From Octopus bimaculoides (Eukaryota): 51,209 nt of DNA. This document shows, one piece after another, positions 1 to 13,110 of this stretch. Every line of letters begins with the position of its first letter. Position 1 is the first letter of the stretch. The notes beneath the pieces are model-generated. The model searched no databases, was not told where the DNA came from, and saw only the letters and a program-made list of their open reading frames with translations. The translations under genes were made by a program, and so were the position numbers. The stretch is taken from contig NC_068989.1 of the NCBI RefSeq assembly GCF_001194135.2, positions 6,248,704 to 6,299,912 of the forward strand, given 5' to 3'.

Positions 1-9
1 AGAGAGATG

Positions 10-154
10 ATGGGCTTCTTTCAGTTTCTATCAACCAAATCCACTCATGAAACTTTGGTCGGCCTGAGGCTATAGTACAAGACACTTGCCCAGGGTGCCA
101 AGCAGTGGGACTGAACCCGGAACTATGTGTTACCACACAGCCACTCCTGCACCT
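10..154 (-). mobile_element. SINE family A, 5' half
   Basis: ggcttctttcagtttc...ccacacagccactcctgcacct. Similar 5' halves at 14668-14826, 19125-19222, 32695-32835, 44295-44445 and 50530-50686 (all minus). Confidence 0.85.
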
Positions 155-249
155 ATCTCGATTTGTATATATATATATATATATATATGCATACATTATA
201 TCTTGATCGAATCCTCCATGTGTTAACATGAGTCTCCCTATCAGCAATG

Positions 250-289
<40 letters not shown>

Positions 290-788
290 CACATGCAGAC
301 ACACACATGTGCTCAGATATATATAATTTTCAAAATGGGTTTCTTTACCACCAGAAGTTCTGCCTGTTTAAGATCAAACAGCATCTGACATGCTGTAAAG
401 TTATTCTGCTTTATAATAAGATACCATCTAAATTTCTGTTAACAGTGTTCAGAATTTCAAGATGGCAACAAAAATCATTGTACATTTATTTCCTATGTTT
501 CGCAATGAAGGCTTACTTCTTGTCATTAACAGCGATGTATCATTTATTCACCCATTCCTTTCTTCTATTCAGTGGAAGGTTTATTTCTCCATTTTTTTTT
601 TTAGCTTGCTCTTCAGGGGGTACAGATATTTAATGTTCAATGTGAAGCACAGGAAGAAAATTGAAATATTATTCTATGCTATATATGTGTGTATGTATGT
701 ATACATACATAAATATATATATATATATATATATATATTCTATACCATATATGTGTATATAGATATGTATACACACATATACATACAT

Positions 789-832
<44 letters not shown>

Positions 833-1219
833 NNNNNNNNNNNNNNNNNNNNNNNNNNNNNNNNNNNNNNNNNNNNNNNNNNNNNNNNNNNNNNNNNNNN
901 NNNNNNNNNNNNNNNNNNNNNNNNNNNNNNNNNNNNNNNNNNNNNNNNNNNNNNNNNNNNNNNNNNNNNNNNNNNNNNNNNNNNNNNNNNNNNNNNNNNN
1001 NNNNNNNNNNNNNNNNNNNNNNNNNNNNNNNNNNNNNNNNNNNNNNNNNNNNNNNNNNNNNNNNNNNNNNNNNNNNNNNNNNNNNNNNNNNNNNNNNNNN
1101 NNNNNNNNNNNNNNNNNNNNNNNNNNNNNNNNNNNNNNNNNNNNNNNNNNNNNNNNNNNNNNNNNNNNNNNNNNNNNNNNNNNNNNNNNNNNNNNNNNNN
1201 NNNNNNNNNNNNNNNNNNN

Positions 1220-1262
<43 letters not shown>

Positions 1263-1855
1263 GTATATACGTATATACATATACACTTGCTTTCTTTCAT
1301 ATTTACTTTAAATCTTACCGGTTTATACTTTTTAATAGTCTTAATGTTATGCCATGGTTTCATTTAAGTCGAAGGTTCTTCATGGGTTCAAAGAGTGACA
1401 CAAAGGTATTTGTAAATTTAAAATTCAAAATTTTGTTCTTCAAACTTAACAGAAAACATTAACAGAAAACAGACTACAACATGCGCATGCTTGTGTGCAT
1501 GTGTATGTAAAATGCATGTGTACACGTATGCATGTCTGCATGTTTCAAACACTTTGGTATTACTTGCTGAAGGTAGAATCACTGAGCTATTTCTTTTTCC
1601 GTATGCAGAAGCTGCAGGCAAATATAATAATAAACTTGATGCATTTTTAAGAAAATAACGTTTTATGGAATGCAATGCAAAAGGATTACAAAACAGTTCA
1701 GTTTATGAAAAGCATATATATTATTATTATATTAAAGTCTGCATCTCTGTTGCCAGTAGCTCAATGTGCAGATCATCATCATCATCATCATCACCACTAC
1801 CATCATCATCATCATCATCATCGTCATCATCATCAACACCATTATCATCATCACT

Positions 1856-1889
<34 letters not shown>

Positions 1890-2413
1890 CTTTCATCATC
1901 ATCACTTTCGTCATTGAGAATAATTTTGAGGAATTTTGAAAAAAATATATATATATAAATAAAGAAGAATAAATACATTTTATCTAAATCAGTTCTTACT
2001 GACCCTATTTTCCATTATTGCTCCCTGAGGGAAAATTTATATTAGTACTTAACATCGGTCAATAGCTTATCTTTGTAGTTTACTTTTAATACATTTAGAC
2101 ACACACACACACATTTATATATATCAAAATAAAAAAACAAACAATCATAAGTGTAATAATGGTGACACACCTATGTAATCAGATGGATATCATGCTATAT
2201 TATAAATGTTTAACACATTGATAGCATTTGTAGCCTCCAGATGTACAAATGTATAGCATATAGTTTTATATTAAACAGACTCATTGTATGTTGGAGTGGT
2301 TTTTACCAATACTGTTTGGTGTATGTTTATTTTTCTTTGATTTAAACTTGTACTATCGTTTCCATTTTCTCCTCAGATGTATATATTTATATTAACATGC
2401 ATACATACACTTG

Positions 2414-2446
<33 letters not shown>

Positions 2447-2456
2447 CATATATATA

Positions 2457-2992
2457 CAGGGTTATTCAAAAATAATGAACTGATTTAATATGCAATATTT
2501 TAATAAAGAAAAGCAATAGAAAACTCCAGCTAAGTCCCAAGTATTTACTCACAATCAACTTTTATTTCCTGTCTTACAGGTGTTCAATGTGGCCACCACC
2601 TGCAGCACGGGCGACATCAATGCTGTAAGAAATTTCCTTCCAGATGCTCTTTGTGCTTGGCCTGCGAGATCCCCAGGCCTCACCGTGTGTGATATTTTCT
2701 TGTGGGGATATGTAAAAGATTGCGTTTATGTTCCACCGTTACCCATTAACCTCGAAGACCTTAAATATCGAATAACAACAGTGTGGATCGTGATATTCTG
2801 ATACACATCTGGGAGGAATTCTCTCATCACATTGATGTCGCCCGTGCTGCAGGTGGTGGCCACATTGAACATTTGTAAGACAGGAAATAAAAGTTGATTG
2901 TAAGTAAATACTTGTGACTCAGCTGGAGTTTTTTCTGTTGCTTTTCCATATTAAAATATTGCCTAATGAAATCGGTTCATTATTTTTGAATA
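2457..2992 (+). mobile_element. Internally deleted Tc1/mariner-superfamily element with about 165-bp TIRs
   Basis: TA then CAGGGTTATTCAAAAATAATGAAC at 2457. 2457-2622 is the inverted match of 2830-2992 (right end lacks the last 6 bp). The interior encodes a transposase C-terminus. Confidence 0.9.
2640..2878 (+). pseudogene. Tc1/mariner transposase C-terminal remnant
   Basis: WPARSPGLTVCDIFLWGYVKDCVYVPPLP matches the WPxRSPDLxxxDFFLWGYxK motif. Frameshift near 2780, then ...WEEFSHHIDVARAAGGGHIEHL*. Confidence 0.9.
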
Positions 2993-2994
2993 TA

Positions 2995-4390
2995 TCATCA
3001 TCATTATCATCATTGGTTTAACTTCCAATGGCGATGATGCAGATGATGATGATGATGATGATGACAATGCTGATGATGACGGTGATGATGATGATGATGA
3101 TGTGGAGGATGATGATAATGATGAAGCGGAGATGAAAAATAAAGTGGTAAAAATGAGGTTGATAGTGATGATGATGACGCTGATGATGATGACATAGAGA
3201 AGGATTAGGATCGCTGTGATGATTAAATCAATGACGGTGAGAATTATCATAATGATAATTATAATAGCAACAATGACGATAATTAGAACTAGGGTGATAA
3301 TTAAGATTAATTGATAATTAGAATTATGCTGATAATTTAACAATGATGATGATGATGTTGATAATGATGGGAGTGGTGGTGATAGTAGTGGCAACAGTTG
3401 TCGTTGTGGTGGTAGTGGCGATAGTAAGGAATGATGATTCCGATGAAGATGAGGAGGAGGAGGCAGAAGAGGCTGATAATAAAGATGACAAAAATGAGGC
3501 TGATAACAAAGATGATGCCATAAACAAGGATTAGGAGAATGGTGATAACTAACTCAATGATGATGATGACGATGATGATGACGATAATGATGTTGATGGC
3601 AGTAAATATGAGAGTTAGGGTGATGCTGATAATTAAGGTTAACTGATAATTAGGATTTATATAATTGGTGATGATGATGATGATGATGGTTTTTCTTTAT
3701 GTTTTACTTGTTTCAGTCATCAGATTGTGGCCATGCTGGGGCACCACCTTGGGGAAATTTTAGCCGAATGTATCAACACCAGGACTTAGTATCTCATTGT
3801 TCCATCAGTCCTGTTTGCTGAACTGCTAATGTTATGGGGACGTAAACAAACCAACATTAATCGTCAAGTGGTAGTGGGGGGGGGGGAGAAACACAGACAT
3901 AAAAGCACACACATAGATATATGTATATATATATATTTAATCAAACAGGCTTCTTTCAGTTTCCGTGTCTACTAAATCAGGTCAGCCCAAGACACTTGCT
4001 CAAGGTACTATGCAATGGAACTGAACCCAGGAACCATGTGGTTAGGAAGTAAACTTGTCGATATTTATTACAGCAATGATGATGATGGTAAGAAGAATGG
4101 CGATGAAAATGATGACGTCATTGTTTTTAAGACAATGATAACAATGACAATGATGCTGCTGCTGCTGATGACGACGACGACGACGATGACGATGATGATG
4201 ATGGTGATGAGGATGATGGTGGTGGTGATGATGATGATGATGATGATGGTGGTAGTGGTGATGATGATGATGGTGGTGATGATGATGGTGGTGATGAGGA
4301 TGATGGTGGTGGTGATGATGATGATGATGATGATGGTGGTGGTGATGAGGATGATGGTGGTGGTGATGAGGATGATGGTGGTGGTGATGA

Positions 4391-4424
<34 letters not shown>

Positions 4425-4573
4425 GATGATGAAGAGNNNNNNNNNNNNNNNNNNNNNNNNNNNNNNNNNNATGGTGATGAGGATGATGGTGGTGGTGATG
4501 ATGATGATGATGATGATGGTGGTGGTGATGAGGATGATGGTGGTGGTGATGAGGATGATGGTGGTGGTGATGA

Positions 4574-4607
<34 letters not shown>

Positions 4608-4880
4608 GATGATGAAGAGGCAATGAATAATAAAGTGGTAAAAATGAGGTTGATGATGATGAAGATGGTGGTGATGATGTTAATGATGGTGGTGGTGACA
4701 ATATATATAGTGGTGATGATGACAGCGATGATGATGATGATGATGACAATGATGATGATTATGGCAATTATAAAGATGCAGAGGACCACAATTACAACGA
4801 TGAAGGAGTTGTTTTTAAGACGACGACATCAATAACAATGTTTGCTGTGGTAAAGCAACGACGACGACGACGATGATGAT
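2995..4880. repeat. Degenerate (GAT)n/(GGT)n trinucleotide arrays flanking a SINE A
   Basis: Directly visible; source of the poly-M/D/H/S ORFs. Confidence 0.9.
3702..4056 (-). mobile_element. SINE family A, diverged
   Basis: Tail ttttacttgtttcagtcat through head ctgaacccaggaaccatgtggtt. Confidence 0.8.
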
Positions 4881-4965
4881 GAAGGCATTGTTACTTAAGA
4901 CGATGATGTCAGTGATGCACAGTGGTAATATATGGTAGAAAATTTCCTATGCAACTGCATCATAC

Positions 4966-5051
4966 GTCCATGCTGATCTTTGAACACTTTTTTATACAAG
5001 CGTCTGTCTCGCCGCTGATATCTCTTTTGGTACACTACAACAAACATGCCA
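4966..5051 (-). CDS. Candidate exon (xGMFVVVYQKRYQRRDRRLYKKVFKDQHG)
   Basis: Weak acceptor gagtctcatag, donor gtatga, 86 nt, phase 2-1. CpG-retaining non-repeat patch; hydrophobic residues followed by a basic cluster. Confidence 0.35.
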
Positions 5052-5255
5052 CTATGAGACTCATTAAGTTGTTGTCCAATGTATTTATGATTCTTTCTTC
5101 GCACTTGTTGCTGTTATCAATGATTTCCTCTCTGTGCACTCGGCATATTAATAGCATTTGTGTATGAATGTGTGAATATATACATATATATTAAGAGCAT
5201 TTCTGAGTGGGCATAAATATATATACGTGTATACACATGTCTGTGTATACACATT

Positions 5256-5294
<39 letters not shown>

Positions 5295-5402
5295 ATTTGT
5301 ATGTTTATATACATTTATATACACACATTTATGCTCACATGCAGTCACACAAACACATGTCTATATGAGAAAGAAAGAACCATAATATTGTATATATGAT
5401 AT

Positions 5403-5789
5403 ATCATGGCACTCTGTCAGTTATGACGGCATGGGTTCCAGTTGATCTGTTCAACGTAACAGCCTGCTCGTGAAATTAACGTGCAAGTGGCTGAGCACTC
5501 CACAGACACGTGTACCCTTAACGTAGTTCTCGGGGAGATTCAGCATAACACAGAGTGAGACAAGGCTTGGCCCTTTGAAATACAGGTACAACAGAAACAG
5601 GAAGAAAGAATGAGAGAATGATGTGGTGAAAAGAGTACAGAAGGGTTCGCCGCCAACCCCTGCCGGAGGCTCGCGGAGCTTTAGGTGTTTTCGCTCAATA
5701 AACACTCAAAACGCCCGGTCTGGGAATCGAAACTGCAATACCACAACTGCAAGTCCACTGCCCTAATCACTGGGCCATTGGGCATCCAC
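5403..5789 (-). mobile_element. SINE family B, full length (tRNA-like head gtggaggcgcaatggcccagtggttagggc...ttcgattcccagaccgg)
   Basis: A- and B-box-like motifs at the head. Homologous to 9192-9581 and 46420-46732. Confidence 0.9.
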
Positions 5790-6342
5790 ATATGATATAT
5801 ATACATATAATTATGTACCATACTTAATATTCATAGCCCATTATATATCTGCATGTATAAATATATATGTAGATATGAATGTGAATGTGTGTTTATATGC
5901 ATGTGTATATATATATATATATATTTATTTATTTATGTGTTTCAGCCGAGTGGCTGCGGTCATGCTGGTGCACCAGGAGTTATGTATATGTATGTCTGTA
6001 TAGTCTGCACATAGTGTGCTCATACACATAAACTCAAATTAATATGTATTTCATAAAGCAAACCATCACACATTTTTGTATATGTTTACAAAAAGAGAAA
6101 AGAAAAACCTGCTGTTGGTGTCAGCTGTATGGCTGCATGTAATAGAATGCCAGTGAATAGAGTCTATACTATAATATAAATAATAAATGGGTTACATATT
6201 AAAATAAATATGAATTTTGAGTCTTTGATTTATTTCAGTCTAAGGAATTGACCAATACTAAATACTGGTTCCCTCACAGAGTGAAAGATGTATGATTGCC
6301 CTGAACTATTATGTTTGTATGTATGTATCTACATTAACACAG

Positions 6343-6384
<42 letters not shown>

Positions 6385-6621
6385 CATGGAACTAAGTGCA
6401 CAGTGATGGACAAAAAAAGTTACAAAATTAAATTTTTGCAAAGTTTCTTTCACTTCAATTGTCATCATCATCATCTTCATCATTATCATCATTATCCCCT
6501 TCATCGTCATCATCATTTTCATCATATCATCATCATCATATCATCACTATGACCACCACTACCACCACCATCACCACCATCTTGCAAGACCCCTTATAGA
6601 AGGTTGATTGTTATGGCTGGT

Positions 6622-6685
6622 CAGATAGTGACTGTTGGTTTCACACCTATAAAGTGCTTAGCTGTATAGGAGACTCATCAGATCC
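6622..6685 (-). ncRNA. Degenerate type I hammerhead ribozyme-like motif
   Basis: Minus strand: GGAT CTGATGA GTCT-CCTATA...TATAGG-TGT GAAAC caaca GTC ACTATC. Core motifs in the correct order; stems I and II partly disrupted. Confidence 0.4.
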
Positions 6686-6700
6686 AAATGGCCAGCAGCA

Positions 6701-6744
<44 letters not shown>

Positions 6745-7159
6745 TCCCCAACCATTTGCAATTGGTGTCAGTATGTTTACATCCCTGTAACTTAGCAGCT
6801 CAACAAAGAAGAACAATAAAATAAGACAAAAACAAATAAGTACTGGTAGTTGATTCATTTGAGTGAAGTTCTCCAAGGTTGTGCCCCAGCATGGCCACAG
6901 TTTAATGACAGCAACAAGTAACTGATAAAGGATAAAAGATACTGAATAGGATAGAATATAGCGAAATTAACTCCAAACAATGGCGTTATCTTTTATGGTT
7001 ATGATGGAGATGGCTGAAATGTTTTGGAGAGTTAACCAGCTTATTCAATATAGACTTTCAGAAACAAAATAATTAAAACAGAAAGAGTTAAACCAAATGG
7101 AATCATCACAAAGAGCAAATATAACAACTATAAAACAAAGAAACAACATTACACCTTAC

Positions 7160-7210
7160 CCCATCAAAGCAGAACAAAATGGCTTCCCCCGACCACCAAC
7201 CTTGTTACAA
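7160..7210 (-). CDS. Candidate exon (xCNKVGGRGKPFCSALMG)
   Basis: Acceptor ttattccgtttgctttacag, donor GG|gtaagg, 51 nt, open only in phase 2-2. GC-richer than its flanks. Confidence 0.5.
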
Positions 7211-7856
7211 CTGTAAAGCAAACGGAATAACATTCACACATACACACACATGCAAGAAGAGAAAAAAAATGAAGGAAAACAATTCTATCCAATAATCCAA
7301 TAATTTTCCATTGAAATAGTTAATGGAGTTTTGTTTCAATGCTGGGATATATTTGTATTTAAAGTTGAATGAGTTCCTTGAGCTGTTTGTTTTGCTTGAC
7401 TTCCTGCCCTCATCTATCACATCAGCAAAGGAAATTTCCCACAATGCAATATTGTCAGTGTTAATTACTGGAGCAGGTTTTTACAGAGTTGATTCTGTAT
7501 CCATACAATTTATTAGAATAATACAATAAAATAAGTCTTTAAAATGACAATAATAAAAAAAAAAAAAATTAAAACAAAGATGGGGTGAAAAAAAACGAAA
7601 ATGAAACAATTTTTGTTTGGATATATATGAAAACGCAAAAGTGAAAAAAAAAAAATGCTATCTATCTCCTACATCCCACCCTACACCATTTCTGCCATTC
7701 CAGAAAAGTTTAAGAGATCTTCTAAAGGAAGCAGAGATGTAAATAGACTTAACAACCATAGCAACCAAAGTTACGTTCTGTTTGTAATGACACAATAACT
7801 ATACAAATACTTATTTAAAGAGATATTATTACATACACCCACCACTATGTGTATAC

Positions 7857-7893
<37 letters not shown>

Positions 7894-8087
7894 CATGCAC
7901 GCATGTATATATATGTATATACACACACATACATAGATATATCTATGCATACATATAAATGTGTACATATACACGTATTTAGATATGCACTTATATACAT
8001 ATATATTTAGATTTACGCATATATACATACATACACACACACACACTCACACATATATATACATATATATCTGCACATATAAACATA

Positions 8088-8127
<40 letters not shown>

Positions 8128-8435
8128 CTTATATGTATGTACAGACACAATATACATAGATGTACATATACAGATATATATATATATACACACACACACA
8201 TACACACACATATATATATATATCAATCCATCCAAACATACATACATATACACATACACACACACACACACACATGCACATATACACTCAGACATGTATA
8301 CATGCACGCACAGACGCACACAAGACCATTTATCCTTTTTATTGGTACATATTTTATTAATTTCTATTTGTCGAGCCTCTCAGGAAGATAAAATAAACAC
8401 AACATAGGTTTTAACTGATGTAAACACAGACTTAC

Positions 8436-8474
8436 CATATATACATTGGGCTTCTTGCCAATATTTACACGTTT
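8436..8474 (-). CDS. Candidate exon (KRVNIGKKPNVYM in phase 0, or xTCKYWQEAQCIY in phase 1)
   Basis: Acceptor tgcattttgccag, consensus donor TG|gtaagt, 39 nt. Confidence 0.4.
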
Positions 8475-8569
8475 CTGGCAAAATGCATCAGTGAATTATA
8501 CACGCATAGACATACATACATACATACATACATACATTTACATATATATAAATATATAAATTCTTTTCT

Positions 8570-8718
8570 TTTACCCTTTTACTTGTTTCAGTCATTCGAC
8601 TGCAGCCATGCTGGAGCACTGCATTTAGTCGAAGAAATCGACCTCAAGACTTATTCTTTGTAAGCCTAGTACTTCTTCTATCGGTCTCTTTTGCTGAACT
8701 GCTAAGTTATGGGGACAT
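8570..8718 (-). mobile_element. SINE family A, 3' half
   Basis: ttcagtcattcgactgcagccatgctggagc...ctaagttatggggac. Similar 3' halves at 12735-12960, 25376-25671, 29215-29410, 30745-30960 and 45535-45600 (minus), and 6737-6935 and 13112-13254 (plus). Confidence 0.85.
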
Positions 8719-9191
8719 AGACAGGTCCTATGTGAGTCTTGTTGTTCATAGCAAAAGCCTCGTGGTCACCGATGCGGAAGAGTTAAAACAATCATATGCA
8801 AACCATACTTGGAAACCTAAACAAAGTCACTCGCATCAAAACAGATTTTGTCAGTCATCATAAATTTTCTTAATTTGTTTTGTATTCATTTTTATTACTT
8901 TTATCTAATTCCACCATATTTGAACAACATTGTGTTAATTATATTTCCAATTAACTTTTATCAGCTTTTATGAATTATATTTTGCCCTTTGTTACAGAGA
9001 GTAAAATGAGCTTTCCTGCATTGCTCTCAGACAGGTCAGTCAGTCGGTCAGTATATATACATCAATATGAAGGCTGTGAGCTGGAAGAATTGTTTCCTCG
9101 CTGGACAAAATGCTTAGCAACATTTCAAATACTGCTGAGGTTGACTTTGTCTTTCATCTTCCTGCAGGGGTTGGGGGTCGATGAAATAAGT

Positions 9192-9581
9192 TGTCTGTTT
9201 GTTGGCACTCCGTCGCTTACGACGTCGAGGGTTCCAGTTGATCCAATCAATGAAACAGCCTGCTCGTGAAATTAACGTGCAAGTGGCTGAGCACTCCACA
9301 GATACGTGTACCCTTAACGTAGAGCTCGGGGATATTCAGCGTGACACAGTGTGACAAGGCTGACCCTTTGAATTACAGGCACAACAGAAACAGGAAGTAA
9401 GAGTGAGAGAAAGTTGTGGGGAAAGAGTACAGCAGGGTTCGCCACCATCCCCTGCCGGAGCCTCATGGAGCTTTAGGTGTTTTCGCTCAATAAACACTCA
9501 CAACGCCCGGTCTGGGAATCGAAACTGCGATCCTATGACCGCGAGTCTGCTGCCCTAACCACTGGGCCATTGCACCTCCAC
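9192..9581 (-). mobile_element. SINE family B inserted into a SINE C, with a 13-bp TSD
   Basis: cgatgaaataagt at 9179-9191 and 9582-9594 flanks the copy. Confidence 0.9.
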
Positions 9582-9769
9582 CGATGAAATAAGTACCAGT
9601 AACATATTGGGGTTCAATGTATTTGTCTTACTCTCTCTCTGAGATTGCTGGTATTGTGCCAAAATTTGAAACCAACATGCATCTGTATCTCTATTTATTC
9701 ATGTGTGTGTATGCATGTCTCTTCTACTTTTTAATTATTATAAATCTTGCACTGAGGAGGGAGCCGGTT

Positions 9770-10010
9770 TCCAACAAAGATACAATGCTTCATCTTTGGA
9801 ATGTAGTTAACAGACAAATTCACATTTGGAACTTGAGAAAAGTTTTGCATATTTTTGCTGTTCCGCTCACAGATTGCACTCATACAAATCAGCCGATCAG
9901 TTTCTCTTTCTGAAAATCCCAGTTTATCCAGATTTAAGCATTTACTAACAAAACCTATTGCTCCAATTCTTATTGGTATGAATATAGAAGCTAGAGGTTT
10001 CAAAGCAGTT
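9770..10010 (+). repeat. Unclassified dispersed repeat, second copy at about 19870-20155
   Basis: Shared blocks such as cacatttggaacttgagaaaagttttgcatattttt-ctgttcc-ct-a-agattg and tttctgaaaatcc. Confidence 0.75.
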
Positions 10011-10126
10011 GTCCGTAGATATCCTCTTTCTCTTAGATTTTCAAAGAGATATTTATATCTGCAGGATAGCTGACCTCCATGATGGCAAATACCTTTGCCC
10101 CTCATGTATGTATGTACAAATTCTAC

Positions 10127-10163
10127 CTCAAAAGAATTCAGGACATAAAGACGGCCGAAGAAT
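10127..10163 (-). CDS. Candidate exon (xFFGRLYVLNSFE)
   Basis: Long pyrimidine-rich acceptor ending tgtgttcag, donor GAG|gtagaa, 37 nt, open only in phase 2-0. Confidence 0.4.
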
Positions 10164-10644
10164 CTGAACACAAATTACAAAGAGACATGACAAAATACAG
10201 CAAAGAACTTAGCTTGGCACTATACCAAGTCTACCTACTGTTCACCGCCATTCACTGTGCTTCAGTCCGGTTAAATAATAATTAATGTTCTGCTTCATAT
10301 TCATATCTAAAACTCCACCAAATGCTTGTCAGATATCAATAGGTTAACCATTCTGAATTGTCAAAATTTCCATTCAATTAAAATTGGGAAATTTTGTGCC
10401 TTAAAGTATCAAATATATTAATTTGAATTGATTTGATCACGAATCAGACATCTTTGCAGTCTTGCTCCGACACTGAAACCATTCGTCGTCGGCATATACG
10501 GTTTTAATTAATTCTTTTTAATTGTTATACATTTAGTAATTTGTCTTCTACTTTTGTTCGTACATGTGTTTGTCTGTGTGTGGTGTGTAGTAGGCCTGTG
10601 TCTGTCTACGTGTGGAGAGCAGAGGGCAGTGTATTGGCAGAAAT

Positions 10645-11085
10645 AACTGTGTGTGGAGATGGTGGTGGTGGTAGTGGTGGTGGTGGTGGTGGTGCTGGTG
10701 GTGCTCGTAGTAGTAGTAATAGTTGTGGTAGTAGTAGTAGCAACAACAGCTGTGGTTGTAGTGGTGGTGGTGGCATGTAGTGGCAAGTAGTAGTAGTAAT
10801 AGTAGTAGTGTTGGTATTGGTGGTGGTGGTAGCAATAGTAGTAGTGGTGGTGGTGGTGGGGTGGTAGTGATAGCAGTAGCACCAGCAGCAGTGGTAATAG
10901 TAGGAGTAGTAGTAGCAGCAGCAGCAGCAGTAGTAAGAGTGATAGTAGTTACTAATACTTCCATTGTTACTACTACTACTACTACTACTACAACTACTAC
11001 TACTACTGCTACTGCTGCTGCTGCTGCTACTACTACCACCACTATTACTACTACCACCAACCACTACTACTACTACTACTACTAT
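10645..11085. repeat. Compound (GGT)n/(AGT)n/(AGC)n/(ACT)n microsatellite
   Basis: Directly visible; switches from G-rich to C-rich at about 10950. Confidence 0.9.
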
Positions 11086-11531
11086 CCCTTGTGTCTTCCT
11101 CTCTCCCCATTGCCTTTGTTCCATTGGTCTTGGACTGATAGGTTTTCTTCTTTGGTGCCATTAATTCCTGACTTGCAGGAATTTACACGGCCAAAGAATC
11201 CTCCCATTGAGAGACAGAAAGGAGAGAAAAAAATGGTAAATGAATTACAACCACCGGATGCTAAGATAACCAATCAACTCCAGGTAACAGGTGAAAAACA
11301 ACCAGAATGACTGATGCATGTAGGTGCAAAAATTGAGCTTTGAATTGCTGGACCCCGTTTAGAATGGCCCACAGCCTTGTCTCAAGTCTTGTTTGAACTG
11401 GAAACCTGTTGTCAATGACCAGATCACAGTTGAAGCAATGGAAATTTGGAGGACAAATAATAAATGTTTAAGAGAAGTTAACAGTTTTTGGGACTTTGGA
11501 ATGGTTTTATATGTACCTCAGTGTAATTGAT

Positions 11532-11593
<62 letters not shown>

Positions 11594-13044
11594 NNNNNNN
11601 NNNNNNNNNNNNNNNNNNNNNNNNNNNNNNNNNNNNNNNNNNNNNNNNNNNNNNNNNNNNNNNNNNNNNNNNNNNNNNNNNNNNNNNNNNNNNNNNNNNN
11701 NNNNNNNNNNNNNNNNNNNNNNNNNNNNNNNNNNNNNNNNNNNNNNNNNNNNNNNNNNNNNNNNNNNNNNNNNNNNNNNNNNNNNNNNNNNNNNNNNNNN
11801 NNNNNNNNNNNNNNNNNNNNNNNNNNNNNNNNNNNNNNNNNNNNNNNNNNNNNNNNNNNNNNNNNNNNNNNNNNNNNNNNNNNNNNNNNNNNNNNNNNNN
11901 NNNNNNNNNNNNNNNNNNNNNNNNNNNNNNNNNNNNNNNNNNNNNNNNNNNNNNNNNNNNNNNNNNNNNNNNNNNNNNNNNNNNNNNNNNNNNNNNNNNN
12001 ATATACACACACATACATACACACACACACACACATATATTCATGTATGTCTATAGGTATATATTATATATCTATATCTAATATATATATATATATATAC
12101 ATATGTAATTTATTCTCTTGGAATTAATTGTAAATAGGACAACATACATTTGTATCGTTGATTGATTTCTGTCAGTAATTAGAAAAAGAAAAAGAAACAA
12201 ACAAAAACATGAAATGATGTATTGATAAACTTTCAGGAAACAGCAATCACTTTTGGCCAATGTGTGCGTGTGTGTATGTGTGTGTGTGTGACAAAATAAG
12301 AATTTCAAATGAGAACATAATATGCAAGAGAATTGATTGCCTGAATTATCAACAGAGTTGTCAAAGACTGGAATCTAACCATAATCTTTCTCTTGGACTG
12401 GATTATAGGAAAACCTAGGTACAAATAGTCTGGTTAAGGCTTAATTTAATTTTTAATGTATTAGGATTTTCTAAGGCAATGAGTTAGAAGAATCGTTAAG
12501 ACATGGAGCAAAATGCTTAATAGCATTTCATCCATCGTTACGTTCTGAGTTCAGATTCCGCTGATGTTGATTTTGCCTTTCATCCTTTCAGGGGTGATAA
12601 ATGAAGTACCACCTGTGTACTGGGGTTGATGTAATTGACTTACTCCTCCCCGCCCCACTTGAAATTGCTGGCCTTGTGCCAAAATGTGGAACCGATATAT
12701 AAGGATTTGTTATCTTTGTTTTAGCTTTTAATTTTTTCTGTCATTAGACTGTGGCCATGTTGGAGCATCACCTTCAAGAATTTCAGCCGAATAAACTGAC
12801 TTCGCTTTTTCAAGGGTGGTACTTATTCAATCAGTCTCTTTTGCCAAATCACTAAGTTGCAGGGACATAAACACACCAACACCGGTTGTCAAGTGGTGGT
12901 GGGATACGAATGCAGACACAAAAGTATGCACACATGCACGTACACATAAACACAAACACACACACATCATCATCATCATTTAACATCCGTTTTCCATGCT
13001 GGCATGGGTTGGATGGTTTGACTGGGGTCTGGGAATAAGAGAAC

Positions 13045-13110
<66 letters not shown>

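Noticed and set aside
1560-1660. Minus-frame ASAYGKR resembling a neuropeptide amidation and cleavage site
   Set aside because: A single occurrence, with no signal peptide, repeats or splice support.
5740-5789. tRNA-like sequences at SINE heads
   Set aside because: A and B boxes are present, but they continue into SINE bodies and no complete cloverleaf was found. They are not tRNA genes.
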